A stretch of 59,522 bases of DNA, filler included, from Dirinaria sp. TL-2023a (lineage: Eukaryota), in NCBI GenBank assembly GCA_051941275.1. It is 10 parts of 10 records of this genome, joined end to end, with 100 filler letters (N's around TTAATTAATTAA, not from the genome) between each part and the next. Parts side by side here need not be neighbours in the genome. Positions count along the whole stretch, not along the records: positions 11,989 to 17,870 come from JAVEBF010001572.1; positions 17,971 to 23,850 come from JAVEBF010001573.1; 8 more parts are not named here. The stretch is one strand, 5' to 3'. Below are positions 11,989 through 23,950 of this stretch, piece by piece (position 1 is the first letter of the stretch; each line of letters begins with the position of its first letter). The position numbers were made by a program, and so were the translations under genes. The notes under the pieces are model-generated. The model ran no database searches and was not told the origin of the DNA. It saw only the letters and a list, made by a program, of their open reading frames with translations.

Positions 11989-14111
11989 AAGTACTCCCAT
12001 GCTCTCACAGAAGGGGCACAGGTCGAGGCGTGTACGGAGTACTGAAGTACGGAGTTATCTAAAGTACAGTTGTAGATTGGTGGCCCTCAGAGACCCCGGG
12101 TGGTCTCTAGGTACGGAGATAAGTAAGGAAGCCACTAGCCGTGCCGATCACGCTAGCCGGCAGGCTCGATACACACGAAATTCCATACGAGGGGCGGGAG
12201 TACTTCCGCCCATGCTGCCTCCTACTATTGCCCTCTTAAACCGAGTCTCATATTCTCTCAATCACCAAGAGCCACGCTTCAACACATTTGCAGCTCACCC
12301 CCGAGAATGACCTAGACTAAATGCCTCGCGCTGGGAGTTTTGATTCAAGTTATTGCGTGTTTCAATCCCTGACGATTTCACTCCTGCGTAAAATCGATTA
12401 TTCGACCCGAATCTAACGTGCGGGACCGAACATCAACTCGAAGACTAGTCCATTAGACGACGGCGGCGGCGCGCGGGCGGGGCCGAGACGCAGCTTCATG
12501 CTACTTCCAAGATCGCTATCGTCCGGTTTGTTTGAAGAGCCTTCACACGTGATGGATCTACAACAAGATTCACAAGCAGAGCAGGCCTTGAATCTGCCCG
12601 TCAAGCGGAAGCCGGTATTTCAGACCGATTAGAAATCATGATAGCATTGATCGAACTGCCATGAAGGTGCCGAGCGATGTACATATGCACAATGCCAACA
12701 GGGAAGAAGCAATCCACATGTATATGCGTCATGAAGCAAACACCGGACAAAGGTTCAAGCGAGATCTCCAACTGAAGGCGATATAACTGCCAAGCTGAAG
12801 ACGACTCTTTTCGTCAACGGCTCCCGAGACGTCATTGGCAGAATAGAGAATATATATCTATGTGGAAGGTTCTTCTCGACTACACCAATCGGATGCTACG
12901 GTATGAAATATTCTTTGAGAAACAGATGGGCAGCATTCCGCAACTCTGTTGCTTCTTATTCAGATCTTAAGAGAGCACCTGAAGTCCAAAACCTTAGTCT
13001 TCTCGTATCTCCCTAGGTCCATGGAATCAAACCAGAGCAAGCTGTATGCCAATTCCTCAACTTTTCAAAATCCCAGGGACCTAAGATAATGAAGATCTTC
13101 CCGTACACTCTGTATGATTTCTTGAAATGTCTTTGTCGTTGAAATGTTTGCTTTTCCACACTTTGAAAATCTTTCTTTGTCCATAGATCATATTAAAAAT
13201 GCGCTGCGAGGCCGGACCTTCTCCAACTGATATATTTGCATGTAAATCAAGATCACGCGTCTAAGTTTGAGTATGAGTTTCCTTGGTTATCCAACCACAT
13301 GATTTATATATATATTCTCAAATTCAAAAACCCACCACTCTAATAGAGCCTTCTTCTTGCGTCTTGAATTTTGGTTCTTAAGATCCGTAGATGCTGCCAT
13401 ACCTCCACCCCACATCAACCCCTCATATCACAGTACAACTATCAAAAATCCGTATCCGATCCGCACTAACATACAATCCAGACATTTAAACACCACATAC
13501 GGTCTCACTGTCCAAAAGATCCTAACACTGTTCAGAAACGCAATCAGAATACCACCACATAGACTTGATACGAGGCTAGGGTGCTCAGCATATCGGAAAC
13601 GAGCAATGATGAAAAGGGCCACACAACCAATAGTGGTGGAGAATTATCCCCGACTGAAGTATAAGCAACAGCGCTCGATGGACCAGTGCCGTGTTTCTCC
13701 TTTCTTTCCACTCTGAGAAAAAAAAAGGAAGCGAACACATCCCCAAATGTGTTCACCTCATGCTTGCACAAGGGGCTAATCGCGGGCAATACCCAACACT
13801 GGGTTAACTGAGTATAGAAGACCTCTCTACCGCTTGAAGAGACAGGCTCATGAGCGATGTGATGTGAGCCCATCAAAATGATGAGCTTTCTCCTCATCAC
13901 GATCTTCTCCATCCTAAGCCATTCCTCCACGTCTCGATACCCCTCGTCATATATATTTCAAACCCCCCAAACCTTTTCCTCAACTCCAAACCCACTTCCC
14001 AATCCTCAAAACCACCATCTTCTCTACAAGTCCGCCAAACAAAAAATACACTTCTTCTTCAACCCCAAACTGCCAAAGGAAAAAAAAAAGCCCGCCACCC
14101 GCGAGAACTAG

Positions 14112-14435
14112 ATGTCCTCTATGCCCGGGCGCACAACATGGACAAAGCCCATGCTAGAGCGCCTAAAATCCTTAGTACAGCTCGATCTGACCGACCGTAC
14201 CATTCTCGCCGAACTGCGGGCAGAGTTCGGCGCGCCGCAGATGGTGGGCGAGGTCACTGCGGAATTGAAGATGTTGCGGAGTGGTATGTGGTGGCCCCCT
14301 TTATTGTTTCCCTTTAGTTGATGAAGGCTGATGTGGAATTTTATAATAGGTCCGGTTGCTAGGCAGTGGAATCCTGCCATGGAGGCGCGGGTGAGAGAAT
14401 ATGCTGCGCAAGGGATGGTGGTTAATGATAACTAA
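14112..14435 (+). CDS. Small hypothetical protein, 85 aa; exons 14112-14283, 14350-14435
   Basis: GC-rich coding-like island between an A/C-rich leader and an AT-rich trailer. Intron GTATGT...GCTGAT...TAG (14284-14349) joins MSSMPGRTTWTKPMLERL...KMLRS to GPVARQWNPAMEARVREYAAQGMVVNDN*. Confidence 0.6.
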
Positions 14436-14894
14436 TGAGTTGTTCCATGAGTTCGCCAAGCCTGATTCTGCGTATTGGCAGGAGACGTATAAGATGATGC
14501 AGCGGATGAAGTTGAGGGGGGATATTGCTTGATACGGGGGGGTCTACAATGGGACTTCATGGTGATAGGTGCAAGGAAGGAGAGAAAGTGGTGAACGTAC
14601 ATGTGTTTTTTTTTTTTTTTTTGGCTTTGATAGATTGAAGGAGACATGATGGAGATAATACACGCTTACAACCAGAGATAGGTTGAGTACCAATTTCCTG
14701 ATCATTTTCTAAACAGAAAATATTCCGGCCGTACAGGAAGTAATCAATCTGTTGCTGGTATTTTGGATGGATGATTTTGAGACAATGATTTTACAACAAA
14801 GAATGGAGTATGCTTACCAAAAGATTCCTCTTGATGCTCAAGTGTTCATGAGCAAAGAATGGCTTTGTCCACTAGGTACCTGTCACTGACATTT

Positions 14895-16208
14895 TCAGCT
14901 GGTACCACTTGGCACTTCATAAGGCCCATATCCTGGTCGCGGAAAATTTGGCGTCCCGTCTTGTTTCCATTCGAACCTCTGCGTTCGAATTGTCCTCGCT
15001 GCCCATCCATTCGTTGGATTCCTCATCCCATGATACACGATCCAATTTTCCTTGCCATCTGGGCTTGTTGTGAAGCTAGCATGCCCAACGCCATAAGCTT
15101 CTTCTAGCGCGTTCTGATAGAATACACATCCTTCATTGTTCTTTCGCCAATCTTGCACGTTCATCGGGTCTGAGCCTACGAGCTTAAGCTGGCCAAGACA
15201 GTAGTTCCGATTGTCGGAGCGAGCGGCGGAGTAAATGATGAACGTTTGACCCGTGGCCGGGTTTGTGAGCTGTTCAGGGCCTTCATTTGAGGACAGCCGG
15301 ACATTCAAGGGGCGGCCGTAGGGTGTCTTTTCCCAAGGGTTCGATGGGACCGAGAGTATCTGGCGCTGAGAGAAGTTCGAAGCGACAGTGTATGGATTTG
15401 ACACTATGTCATTTTTCAATTCCGCTACTTTCTTACTACGGGGAAGTATAGCGAGAAGTATGGCTTACTTTTCGTAATACACAAATTCGACGGCCAGCCA
15501 TCATAAGCACGGTACCAACAGCTGTAGATGTGATAAAGCCCGGTGCTGTGTTGAAAGTAGGTCCCGTCAATAGCGAACTGGCCATAGGTATCCAATTGGC
15601 TTTTGAGCGTATAGCTGGATGTCCATGGGTCGGAGCCGCTGCTTTCGAGCACGAACATTCTGTATCTTGTGTTGGAGATTGGCGGATGATAGAAAGTGTA
15701 AGACACTCACCGGTGATTGACAGCAGGACAGCTGTAGTCGCAGTACATGTCTACTTCAGGCTGGGGAGAGTCTGCGTCCGAGTCTGCTGTAAAGATGACA
15801 TACCACCTATTGTCAATGTTGTGGATTTCAGGAGCCCAGAGATCGAAGGAATAATTCACGCCCATTGGCGGCTTGAAAATTAACTTCATATCAGCGGTGT
15901 TCCAGTCACTGCCCTTTCTCTCAGCAATCAAGATAATAGTACATATTCATTGGTGGCTGTGTACGTCAGAGTTTGACTTCTATAAAGCGTGATGTTGTCG
16001 TTCGTTGTAAACGTCATGTAGTAATAACCCTCATATCGAGTAACCCAGCTTATGTCTGTCAATCGCAGGCTGTGAACCTTGAACCATAGACTCACGGATC
16101 AGCTCCTACACCCTCCAAGACTGGGTTCGTATAGGTGCTCGATGTTGTGTTCTGGCTCCACGCCAATCCTATGAGCCCACCTAGAGCAAGTATCCAATTA
16201 AAGAACAT
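14895..16208 (-). CDS. Secreted glycoside hydrolase family 43 (alpha-L-arabinofuranosidase-like); exons 16208-16096, 16048-15965, 15908-15711, 15659-15469, 15403-14895
   Basis: Signal peptide MFFNWILALGGLIGLAWS; GH43 motifs NPV..GADPW, LWAPE, FAIDGT, NEGP, YGVGHASF; four in-frame GT-AG introns. Confidence 0.92.
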
Positions 16209-17870
16209 GACGGCAGGCAGGAACGATTGGCGAGCTACGAGTCTATCATGAAGGGGCGGCTGTCCAATTTGTAGCTGCAGGTCCAAAACCCTTACCTACA
16301 AGCATCGTGCATGATGACGTTCAATAGCGCCTGAGCGCCGTGAGATATGCATAGCATTCAACGGCAAACCCTGTTTGCGGGGTAGATGAGGGGTTGTGAA
16401 GGTAGAATGGCAAGGTCGAGGTGATCTACCTTGAATAGTGTATAGTCAAACCAATTGTCTTAGCTCACACTACCTACCTTATGTTCGAAAGCAACCAAGA
16501 CTAAACGAGGTACGAGCCCAAGAAACAAGAAGGAATGACGCTGGTCCGTTCCACTTGGCACATCGCGGCTCACCAGACTTACCTCAAAAAGGCAGGTCGC
16601 TGGTTTTCGGTACCTGTCGATCAAGTACGACACAACATAATGCATGGTATTATTTGCAGACTCGATTGCAGCTATTTCAAAGATGACCTGATCGTTTGAA
16701 TGGATGAACACGAAAACTCACAAGAACGTGTCCAAGCGGGCTGCATGTGAACGCGGTTATGCGTGGCCAGATATGAAAAAGAGCCATAAGCAAGAAGTAG
16801 TATTGACTTGTTGCAACGCTCGAAGGGCATTGAGAAGAGGTGAAGCAAAAAGTTCAGCAAAGGCTTGCCCTCGTGTAGCTCCGTTCTAGCAAATCTAGAT
16901 GAACCAGCAGAATCGAGGTGCGAATTTCGCAACAGAGTTGCAATGCCAGCAATCAAGTTCCCGACCTTTATTGTGATAAATATCGAAGAAACAGAGGCTA
17001 AGACGGCCACTCACTTGATTGTAAGTGCAGTTGAAGAGGTCGATCACAGCAGCTTCGACATAGAGTGGATCTGGAATCATAGGAATAATGAGCCTGGTTT
17101 TCGAAGACGGGGTACGGTCTTAGTTGGATGCCGAGAGCATGTAGTTCTATCAGTCAAACGCGCATGAGTAAGTCGGCGATGCAGCGCAAATATCAAAATA
17201 TCAAACGTATTGTTTGTATGTAGTTGGCAATTGTTGAATAGACCTAGGTCCGAGGGATGGGATCCTTACTGATTGATGATGTAATCCTGATAACGGGCCG
17301 TTCGGGCCATGTTCCATGGCCGGACCGTTTCCGAGTTCCGACAATTCCCCAGCGAGTCTAGTATCGAATATTTCCGATGGGATTTCGTCATTGCTGATGA
17401 TTGAGAGCGTTGTCATCACATTTTCTACTGCATCGGGGCTCGGTATGTCACGATGCGCGGTTTCCGAATATCAGATTCTTCTTGCTGAGCCACACCTTCA
17501 CTCTCGCCATCATGTCCATCGCCACATCTCCTTCCTCTCCTATACAACGATCCATCGTAGTTCTTCCATTCAAATTTGCTGCGATTGAGCGTTGCATTTC
17601 ATGGCTCACGCCATAAACCCACCCCACGAGACCCAGGATACGAGTACACCTCTAGAGGAGCTGCCTCATCACCCACCCATACCAGACCCTGGGACTAATA
17701 ACCATGACGCCCCGTCCCGGCTTCAGAACCATGGACGACTGGGCAGCAAGGACGGACTTTACTCAGTCAGCGATGACGCACTTGCAATCTCGAAACCCAG
17801 CACCGTCGAAGCGCAGCCCTCATCCGAGCTTCCAAATACTTCTTCCGATCCACTGGACGAACCCACCAGA

Positions 17871-17970
17871 NNNNNNNNNNNNNNNNNNNNNNNNNNNNNN
17901 NNNNNNNNNNNNNNTTAATTAATTAANNNNNNNNNNNNNNNNNNNNNNNNNNNNNNNNNNNNNNNNNNNN
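17871..17970. other. Artificial contig spacer 3
   Basis: N44-TTAATTAATTAA-N44. Confidence 0.99.
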
Positions 17971-18912
17971 AGCAGTGTGTCCTCGTGATGACAACTGTGG
18001 CCGGAACAGTCGCACGCGTCAAATTTCAAAATTCGCGTCGTCGAGAGCGACTGTTCTAAGTGATTGATGCGTGCGTTGACACGAAGTCACGGAGAAAATA
18101 GAGAGGCTTTGACTTATCACGTGGCTCCTCTTTCGACGACATCGATACTGTTACTGCCAACAACTGCCTCTCGGATTTGCTGTCCTTCATCAGCCATCTA
18201 CGGTCCTTGCTCGACTAACAAGTCTTCTCGATGTCGAAGATAACGCTAAGGAAACGATGCAAAAGACAAAAAACCCGATATCACGCATCCAAAGATGCTA
18301 CTAGGCCGGAGGACTCCTTTTGGATATCCATCCAATCCTTGGCCACAGCATCAAATTTGGGTTGAGGGCTAAGGCAATTTATGCCCGAAGAAACCGCACC
18401 ACCATCACCACCACTATAACTGCCATTACAGAACATAGATAGATTTTTGTATACACACTTCACAGCTATATAGTTACATCATAGCAGATTTAGACGGCCT
18501 CCGGCTACTTAACGACATGATGATTCAACTCATCAATCTACATGATGTTAGCGAATTTCCGTGAGCTTGCAATCATTCGCGAAAATACTCGTATTCGTTC
18601 CTTTCAATGTTTGAGGAATACTTTACCTACAGATACCTGGCACAGCGGGCGGGACGCGTCCGCTACAGAGAATGTTGAATACGGTGATGGGTTTGCAGTG
18701 GATACTATAATTGTAAGGTAGACACCGAAGTAAGGTACCCTATCTTAAAAAAAAAAGTTTGGGTCTAGGGCTTTTCTAGGGCTGTATTCTACCCGCTACT
18801 GCCTTTCCATCTACGGTCTACGGCTCCAAAGACAGCAACGGGTTTACTATCTATTAGATCGTGATCGAGACACTGGAAAAATCAGTACACATCAGCGCAG
18901 ATATATCCAAAC

Positions 18913-20075
18913 ATGCAGGGCTTCAGTATGCCTGACTTTTGAAATGTCGAAGGGAATATATGGATGCTAATAACGAGTCAGATATGGGACGTTATGTCCC
19001 TCCGGAACACGAAGGCACTACCTCTGCCAATAAGCTGGCTGGCAAGTGCGTGATGCTCACAAAATGATGTACTCGTCAAAAGAAGCTCACAGTATTCATA
19101 CCTAGACATGCTCTTGGCTCGCGCGCACGTAAATCGGCTCAAGGCATCCTAACCGTACGCTTCGAGATGCCGTTTGCGATCTGGTGTCTTACTTGTCCTA
19201 AACCGACAATAATCGGTCAAGGTGTACGTTTCAATGCTGAAAAAAAGAAAGTCGGGAATTACCACTCCACACCGATCTTTAGTTTTCGGATGAAGCATAA
19301 CGTCTGCGGTGGGCCTATAGAAATAAGGACCGATCCAAAGAACACGGCATACCTCGTCACGGAAGGTGCGAAGAAGAGAGACACTGGCGAAGACAAGGAG
19401 GCAGAAGATGGGCAGATCAGCGTACGGACCGAGGAGGAGAGGGCCCGGCTGCAAAACGATGCTTTTGCGGCACTGGAGGTCAAAGTGGACGACAAGAGGC
19501 AGCAGAGCACGGATAAATCACGGATCGAGGAGCTTCAAACGGTCAAAGAGAAGGATTGGGATGATCCCTATGCTGCGAGCAAAAAATTACGAAGGGTCTT
19601 TAGAGCCGATCGAAAGCTCCGGCAAGAGAAGGAGAAGGGCACAGAAGCATTGAAAGATCGAATGAGCCTTGGCCTGGATATTCTCGAAGAAACAGAGGCT
19701 GACCGAAGTAGAGCAGGGCTTGTGGATTTTGGGGCCATGGACGCCCAAACGGCAGCTATGAGGGCGAAGGCCAAGCCGCTTTTTGGCCAGATTTCAGAGG
19801 GCAAATTGCATACAGGAAGCAACATCAAGAACACCACAGGCAACGAAAACACTAAACGGGCAGGAGTCAGACTTGTACAGGAGCTTGGGAAGAACACTAG
19901 AGATACAATCGACCCTTTCCTGAGCGAGGTTAAGACGACGGGGCCGATGGGGGCCGACAAGACAATCTTCAAGCGAAGGGATTATACGTCGGCGGCGGCT
20001 CCCCTGGCAGTCGATTCCTCAAATGAAGAGACCCCACAGAAGATTATACCGTTAGTGGATTATGACTCTGACTGA
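18913..20075 (+). CDS. CWC16/Yju2/Saf4 (CCDC130-like) splicing factor; exons 18913-18925, 18982-19045, 19106-20075
   Basis: Spliced start MQGFNMGRYVPP; family motifs TVRFEMPFAIWC..C, GVRFNAEKKKVGNY.STPI.SFRMK, IEIRTDPKNTAY; C-terminal LVDYDSD. Confidence 0.92.
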
Positions 20076-20922
20076 GACGAGGTCATTGGACGAGCATTTA
20101 TCGCAAGGTTTTCAGGCGGAAGATACACAACCGCGTATTAGAGCCTGGAACAGCGGCGAAACATCGTAATGCACTCAACTTCGACAGGTAAGACACTAAA
20201 TTCCCAACAGGCTTGTCTGCTCATTGTAATTTCTCCCTTCTCCGTGATCTGTATTGAACTAGCTTCGACAAATCATGTATGCTTTTGAGTATCATTGAGT
20301 GCATTGTAATTTAGGTTCTCGACAATTGGGGAAAAGCCTGCATACGATCATGTGCAGCCTTCGCAAGCTTCAGAAATGAAGATCAGGCTGCAAAGGATAG
20401 CTGTTACTATGCTCGCACTGTGAAAAGCGTACGCAGATAAGGTGAGTACTGACTACTGAGCGATGTTGATGTTATTATCCCGTACCTTGATCTGTCATTA
20501 TACCCAAACCCTAATCAGGTAAAGTACCCGATCCAGACGGACGCAGGAACGTCACCGAAGACACGAATGCTTAGTCACCGACTCTGAGGGAAGACTTGAA
20601 GATACCAACTTTCGTGGCGTTCTGACTTGAAATCGGGGTCACTTTATTGCTGAAGCGTAGTGGGTCAGATATGGATTCATTGCCAGCTTCTCCATGCCTA
20701 TTTCCGAAACCAGTCGCCAACGGCTTTTTGACATCATTGTTCTCGCCTGGATGAGACGATTCGGGGTGTTGTACTCGTACTCTGACCGGCGACCGGAGTA
20801 TTATTCTTGCTCCAAGTCCCCTCGGACGATAGCATATCCGCACTAATCCCAAATTGGTCAGCTCAGCCGGGACCGATTCTCTTTCGGGTTTCCGGAATAT
20901 TTTCGTGCTTCGTCCACAGCCA

Positions 20923-20935
20923 CCGTTCAGTCCCG
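20923..20935. promoter_or_regulatory. CCG-N7-CCG element (reverse complement of the CGG-N7-CGG alternative oxidase induction motif; AOD2/AOD5, AcuK/AcuM-type site)
   Basis: CCG TTCAGTC CCG about 310 bp upstream of the AOX ATG and upstream of its TATA box. Confidence 0.6.
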
Positions 20936-21067
20936 TAATCACTATGGTACCCTGTGACTTGATGTTACCTACCGAGCCTACCTTAAGGGAGCTGACACGA
21001 AGATGATACGGGTTGTTAAGTGTTCCTTTACGTTCCTATTCAGAATGGAGGGATCTTGTAGCGGTCA

Positions 21068-21075
21068 TATATAAG
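21068..21075 (+). promoter_or_regulatory. TATA box of the alternative oxidase gene
   Basis: TATATAAG about 170 bp upstream of the ATG, followed by a pyrimidine-rich tract. Confidence 0.55.
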
Positions 21076-21241
21076 TGGCGTTGGCGGTCGAGGTGGCTTT
21101 GTCTCCCCATGTTAACATTAATTATTTTAGTTTACACAAATAAAAAATTTGCCTCCCCCCATCTCTGCATACTTTTCTCTCTTACTATTGAAACCTAACA
21201 CGCTGTCTCCTACGTGCTGCTGAATTCCTAGGTAGCGAGCA

Positions 21242-22487
21242 ATGTATGCATCAGCAAGGCATACCGCAACTTCCGTCCTGAGTGGAAAGACTGCCATCAA
21301 ATTTTCCGAACCGATTCAGCTCATCCTGAACGATTCCAAAATCCCTTCCTCTCGAATATGCTCAAGCTGCATCGCCGTCCGGCCAGCACCATATCCCACG
21401 AGGAATTTCAGTGCTACTTCACGCGCTCAGCTGAAGGAATATTTTCCACCGCCAAAGGACTTGCCCAATATCAAGCTCACTGGCCCAGCATGGCACCATC
21501 CCATGTACGCATCATCTCCCACTATACTCTCAGATATCCTGCACAGGCTGGCCCTTCATTTCGACATCATAACGGCGCAGTCTCTTCGTATTGGCCGTTG
21601 GCATTGCTAACGGATTGGCAGGTACACAGAGGACCAGATGACGGCGATTTCGCCAGCGCACCGTAAGCCGGAAGGCTGGCGTGACCGGATAGCCCTCACC
21701 ATGGTCAAGCTGTTGCGCTTTGGGATGGACACGGCAACAGGCTACACACACCAGAAGGAGACCGCGAAGGGCACTCCGCAGACGAAGTCAGGCTGGTTTG
21801 TCATGAACGAACGCAAATGGCTCGTCAGATTCCTCTTTCTCGAGAGCGTTGCTGGTGTGCCGGGCATGATCGGCGCATCGCTCCGTCACCTGCATAGCTT
21901 GCGGCGCCTGAAGAGGGATAACGGATGGTAAGCGGCGCTTGGATCTCCAGTAGAGTCCGGCTTACCAGTTTCACAGGATTGAGACTCTGCTTGAAGAAGC
22001 ATATAACGAGCGCATGCATCTTCTCACTTTCATGAAGATGGCGGAGCCAGGTCGCTTTATGAAATTGATGATCCTTGGAGCACAGGGGGTGTTCTACAAC
22101 GGGATGTTCCTGTCGTACCTCATCTCGCCACGTATCTGCCACCGCTTCGTTGGGTACCTGGAAGAAGAAGCGGTCCTGACCTACAGCCGCGCCATCGCAG
22201 ACATCGACGCCGGGCGGCTGCCGAAGTGGGATCGCCTCGAGGCGCCGGAGATTGCGGTAAGATACTGGAACATGCCGGAGGGCCACCGGACGATGAGGGA
22301 TCTTCTCCTGTACATCCGCGCCGACGAAGCCAAGCACCGTGAGGTCAACCACACACTCGGCAACTTGGACCAGCAGTCGGATCCGAACCCCTTCGTGAGT
22401 GAGTACCGCGACAACAGCAAACCGCACCCGAGCAAAGGCATCGACAACATCAGACCAACGGGCTGGGATCGGAAAGATGTTCTTTGA
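21242..22487 (+). CDS. aox1: Mitochondrial alternative oxidase; exons 21242-21504, 21622-21927, 21977-22487
   Basis: Di-iron motifs [48 protein letters not shown]; Ser/Arg-rich presequence-like N-terminus; two in-frame introns. Confidence 0.98.
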
Positions 22488-22604
22488 AAAGTCGAGTGAG
22501 TCGAGTAGATTATTGCTTGTGTGAAGAAGTGGCTTTGGCGAAAAGGATTTTGGACATCTCCACTCTACAGCGACGGGCGTGGACCGGAGTCAAAAAACGG
22601 ACAA

Positions 22605-22637
22605 GGCGCGATAGAATGGGCGCGATAGAATGGGCGC
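22605..22637. repeat. 14-bp tandem repeat (GGCGCGATAGAATG x2.3) in the AOX 3' region
   Basis: Directly visible perfect duplication. Confidence 0.85.
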
Positions 22638-23481
22638 TTGGGCGGTACCTTAGTAGTGTTCAAGTGCTGAATACTAACTGACTACCTTATGCTTTGTCTT
22701 CCAGACCAAATCCTGATTTCAGGCGCGTGATTGCACTGCCAATGAACCTCTTCAGCGTGACATAATTCTTCTTCTTCTGCCACTTGGACGATCAGCTGTG
22801 GGCTACCTACCTCACCTCACCTTACCTGTTATTCTCGGGTCTAATGTAAGTATGCTTAAGGTACTTTAGGCTTTTCCTTCCTCAGCGCATATACAGAAGC
22901 ACCTTCCACCTTCCTTACCTACCTTCAGTGCTTAAAGGAGTAAAGTCCCGTCCTGGGCTGCTTTCTAACCCCCCCACTCATTTCTCGGCAAATAGTCACA
23001 CCCGACCATTAACCTGTCCTGGGCTGGGACCGGGATGATGCCACCTCGTGCGCCTGCAAGGGATGGGATTATGGGAATCATAGAAAGAGAGGATTACTTT
23101 ACATTACTTTATTCTCCCTCCCACCTGCCCCTCATCCGCTAATCGATAACGGGATAACCGACAATAGCTTCCTTCACAAGCTCCGATTACTATTACTTGC
23201 CTGAAGCTGACCATGAACCCTATACCCTACTACTCTTACTACTACCTACTACCTTACTGACAAGACATTACTTTGCCCTACTTTGTAATGCCAATAACTA
23301 CATCGCCCGCACTTCTTTGTTTGCATTGGTCCTGCTTGCACCGATTCAATTGGGCATTTTCCTGTCACCGCGCTTCATCTTATTTCCCATTCACGATTGC
23401 AGTCTTGCCTCTACACAATCAATTGCAGTCATCCGTCGAGTCGAGTCTTAGCCGCGTCCCGCGTCGCCGACCCGCCCGGTC

Positions 23482-23850
23482 ATGCCACCGAGGTCGTCCC
23501 TCACCAGCTCCTTTTCAGCCTCGGACGCCAATAGCGAGGTTGTATGTCCATTGACAAACCAAGATGGTTCCAGTTGTCGTAAAAGATGTCTCGGCGTACG
23601 TATCCGTCCTCAAACCGCTGCTGGAGAAAGTTGGTCCCGTGGGATATCGAAAATCTACTCTACTTGACTCGCTTACTAACAATTGGGCGTTTGGTGATAC
23701 ATTAGGAGAAGAGGTACCGCTCAATGCAGGAGCATATCCGACGTGCCCACCCCGAACACTACATCGCCAAACTCCCAGCGACCGAGGAGAGCTTCCAGCT
23801 CATGATCAATACCCCACCTTCCGAACGGCCCCCACCACCTCCCTCCTCAC
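23482..23850 (+). CDS. Conserved fungal protein with atypical C2H2-like zinc finger; 5' part only, cut by contig end; intron 23596-23705
   Basis: Spliced MPPRSSLTSSFS...VVCPLTNQDGSSCRKRCLGEKRYRSMQEHIRRAHPEHYIAKLPATEESF; intron GTACGT...ACTAAC...TAG keeps frame. Confidence 0.8.
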
Positions 23851-23950
23851 NNNNNNNNNNNNNNNNNNNNNNNNNNNNNNNNNNNNNNNNNNNNTTAATT
23901 AATTAANNNNNNNNNNNNNNNNNNNNNNNNNNNNNNNNNNNNNNNNNNNN
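23851..23950. other. Artificial contig spacer 4
   Basis: N44-TTAATTAATTAA-N44. Confidence 0.99.

Noticed and set aside
12400..13720. Coding-like fragments, possible pseudogene or transposon relic
   Set aside because: Short broken frames with no recognisable domain, terminal repeats or consistent splice model.
16600..17870. Possible spliced minus-strand gene and a plus-strand gene start at the contig end
   Set aside because: I could not build an in-frame exon chain or recognise a product.
18014..18040. MCB-like ACGCGT/CGCG elements near the contig start
   Set aside because: Short motifs, and the putative target gene is off the contig.
20341..20352. CATACGATCAT resembling the 5' end of fungal 5S rRNA
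   Set aside because: The downstream sequence does not continue as 5S rRNA.
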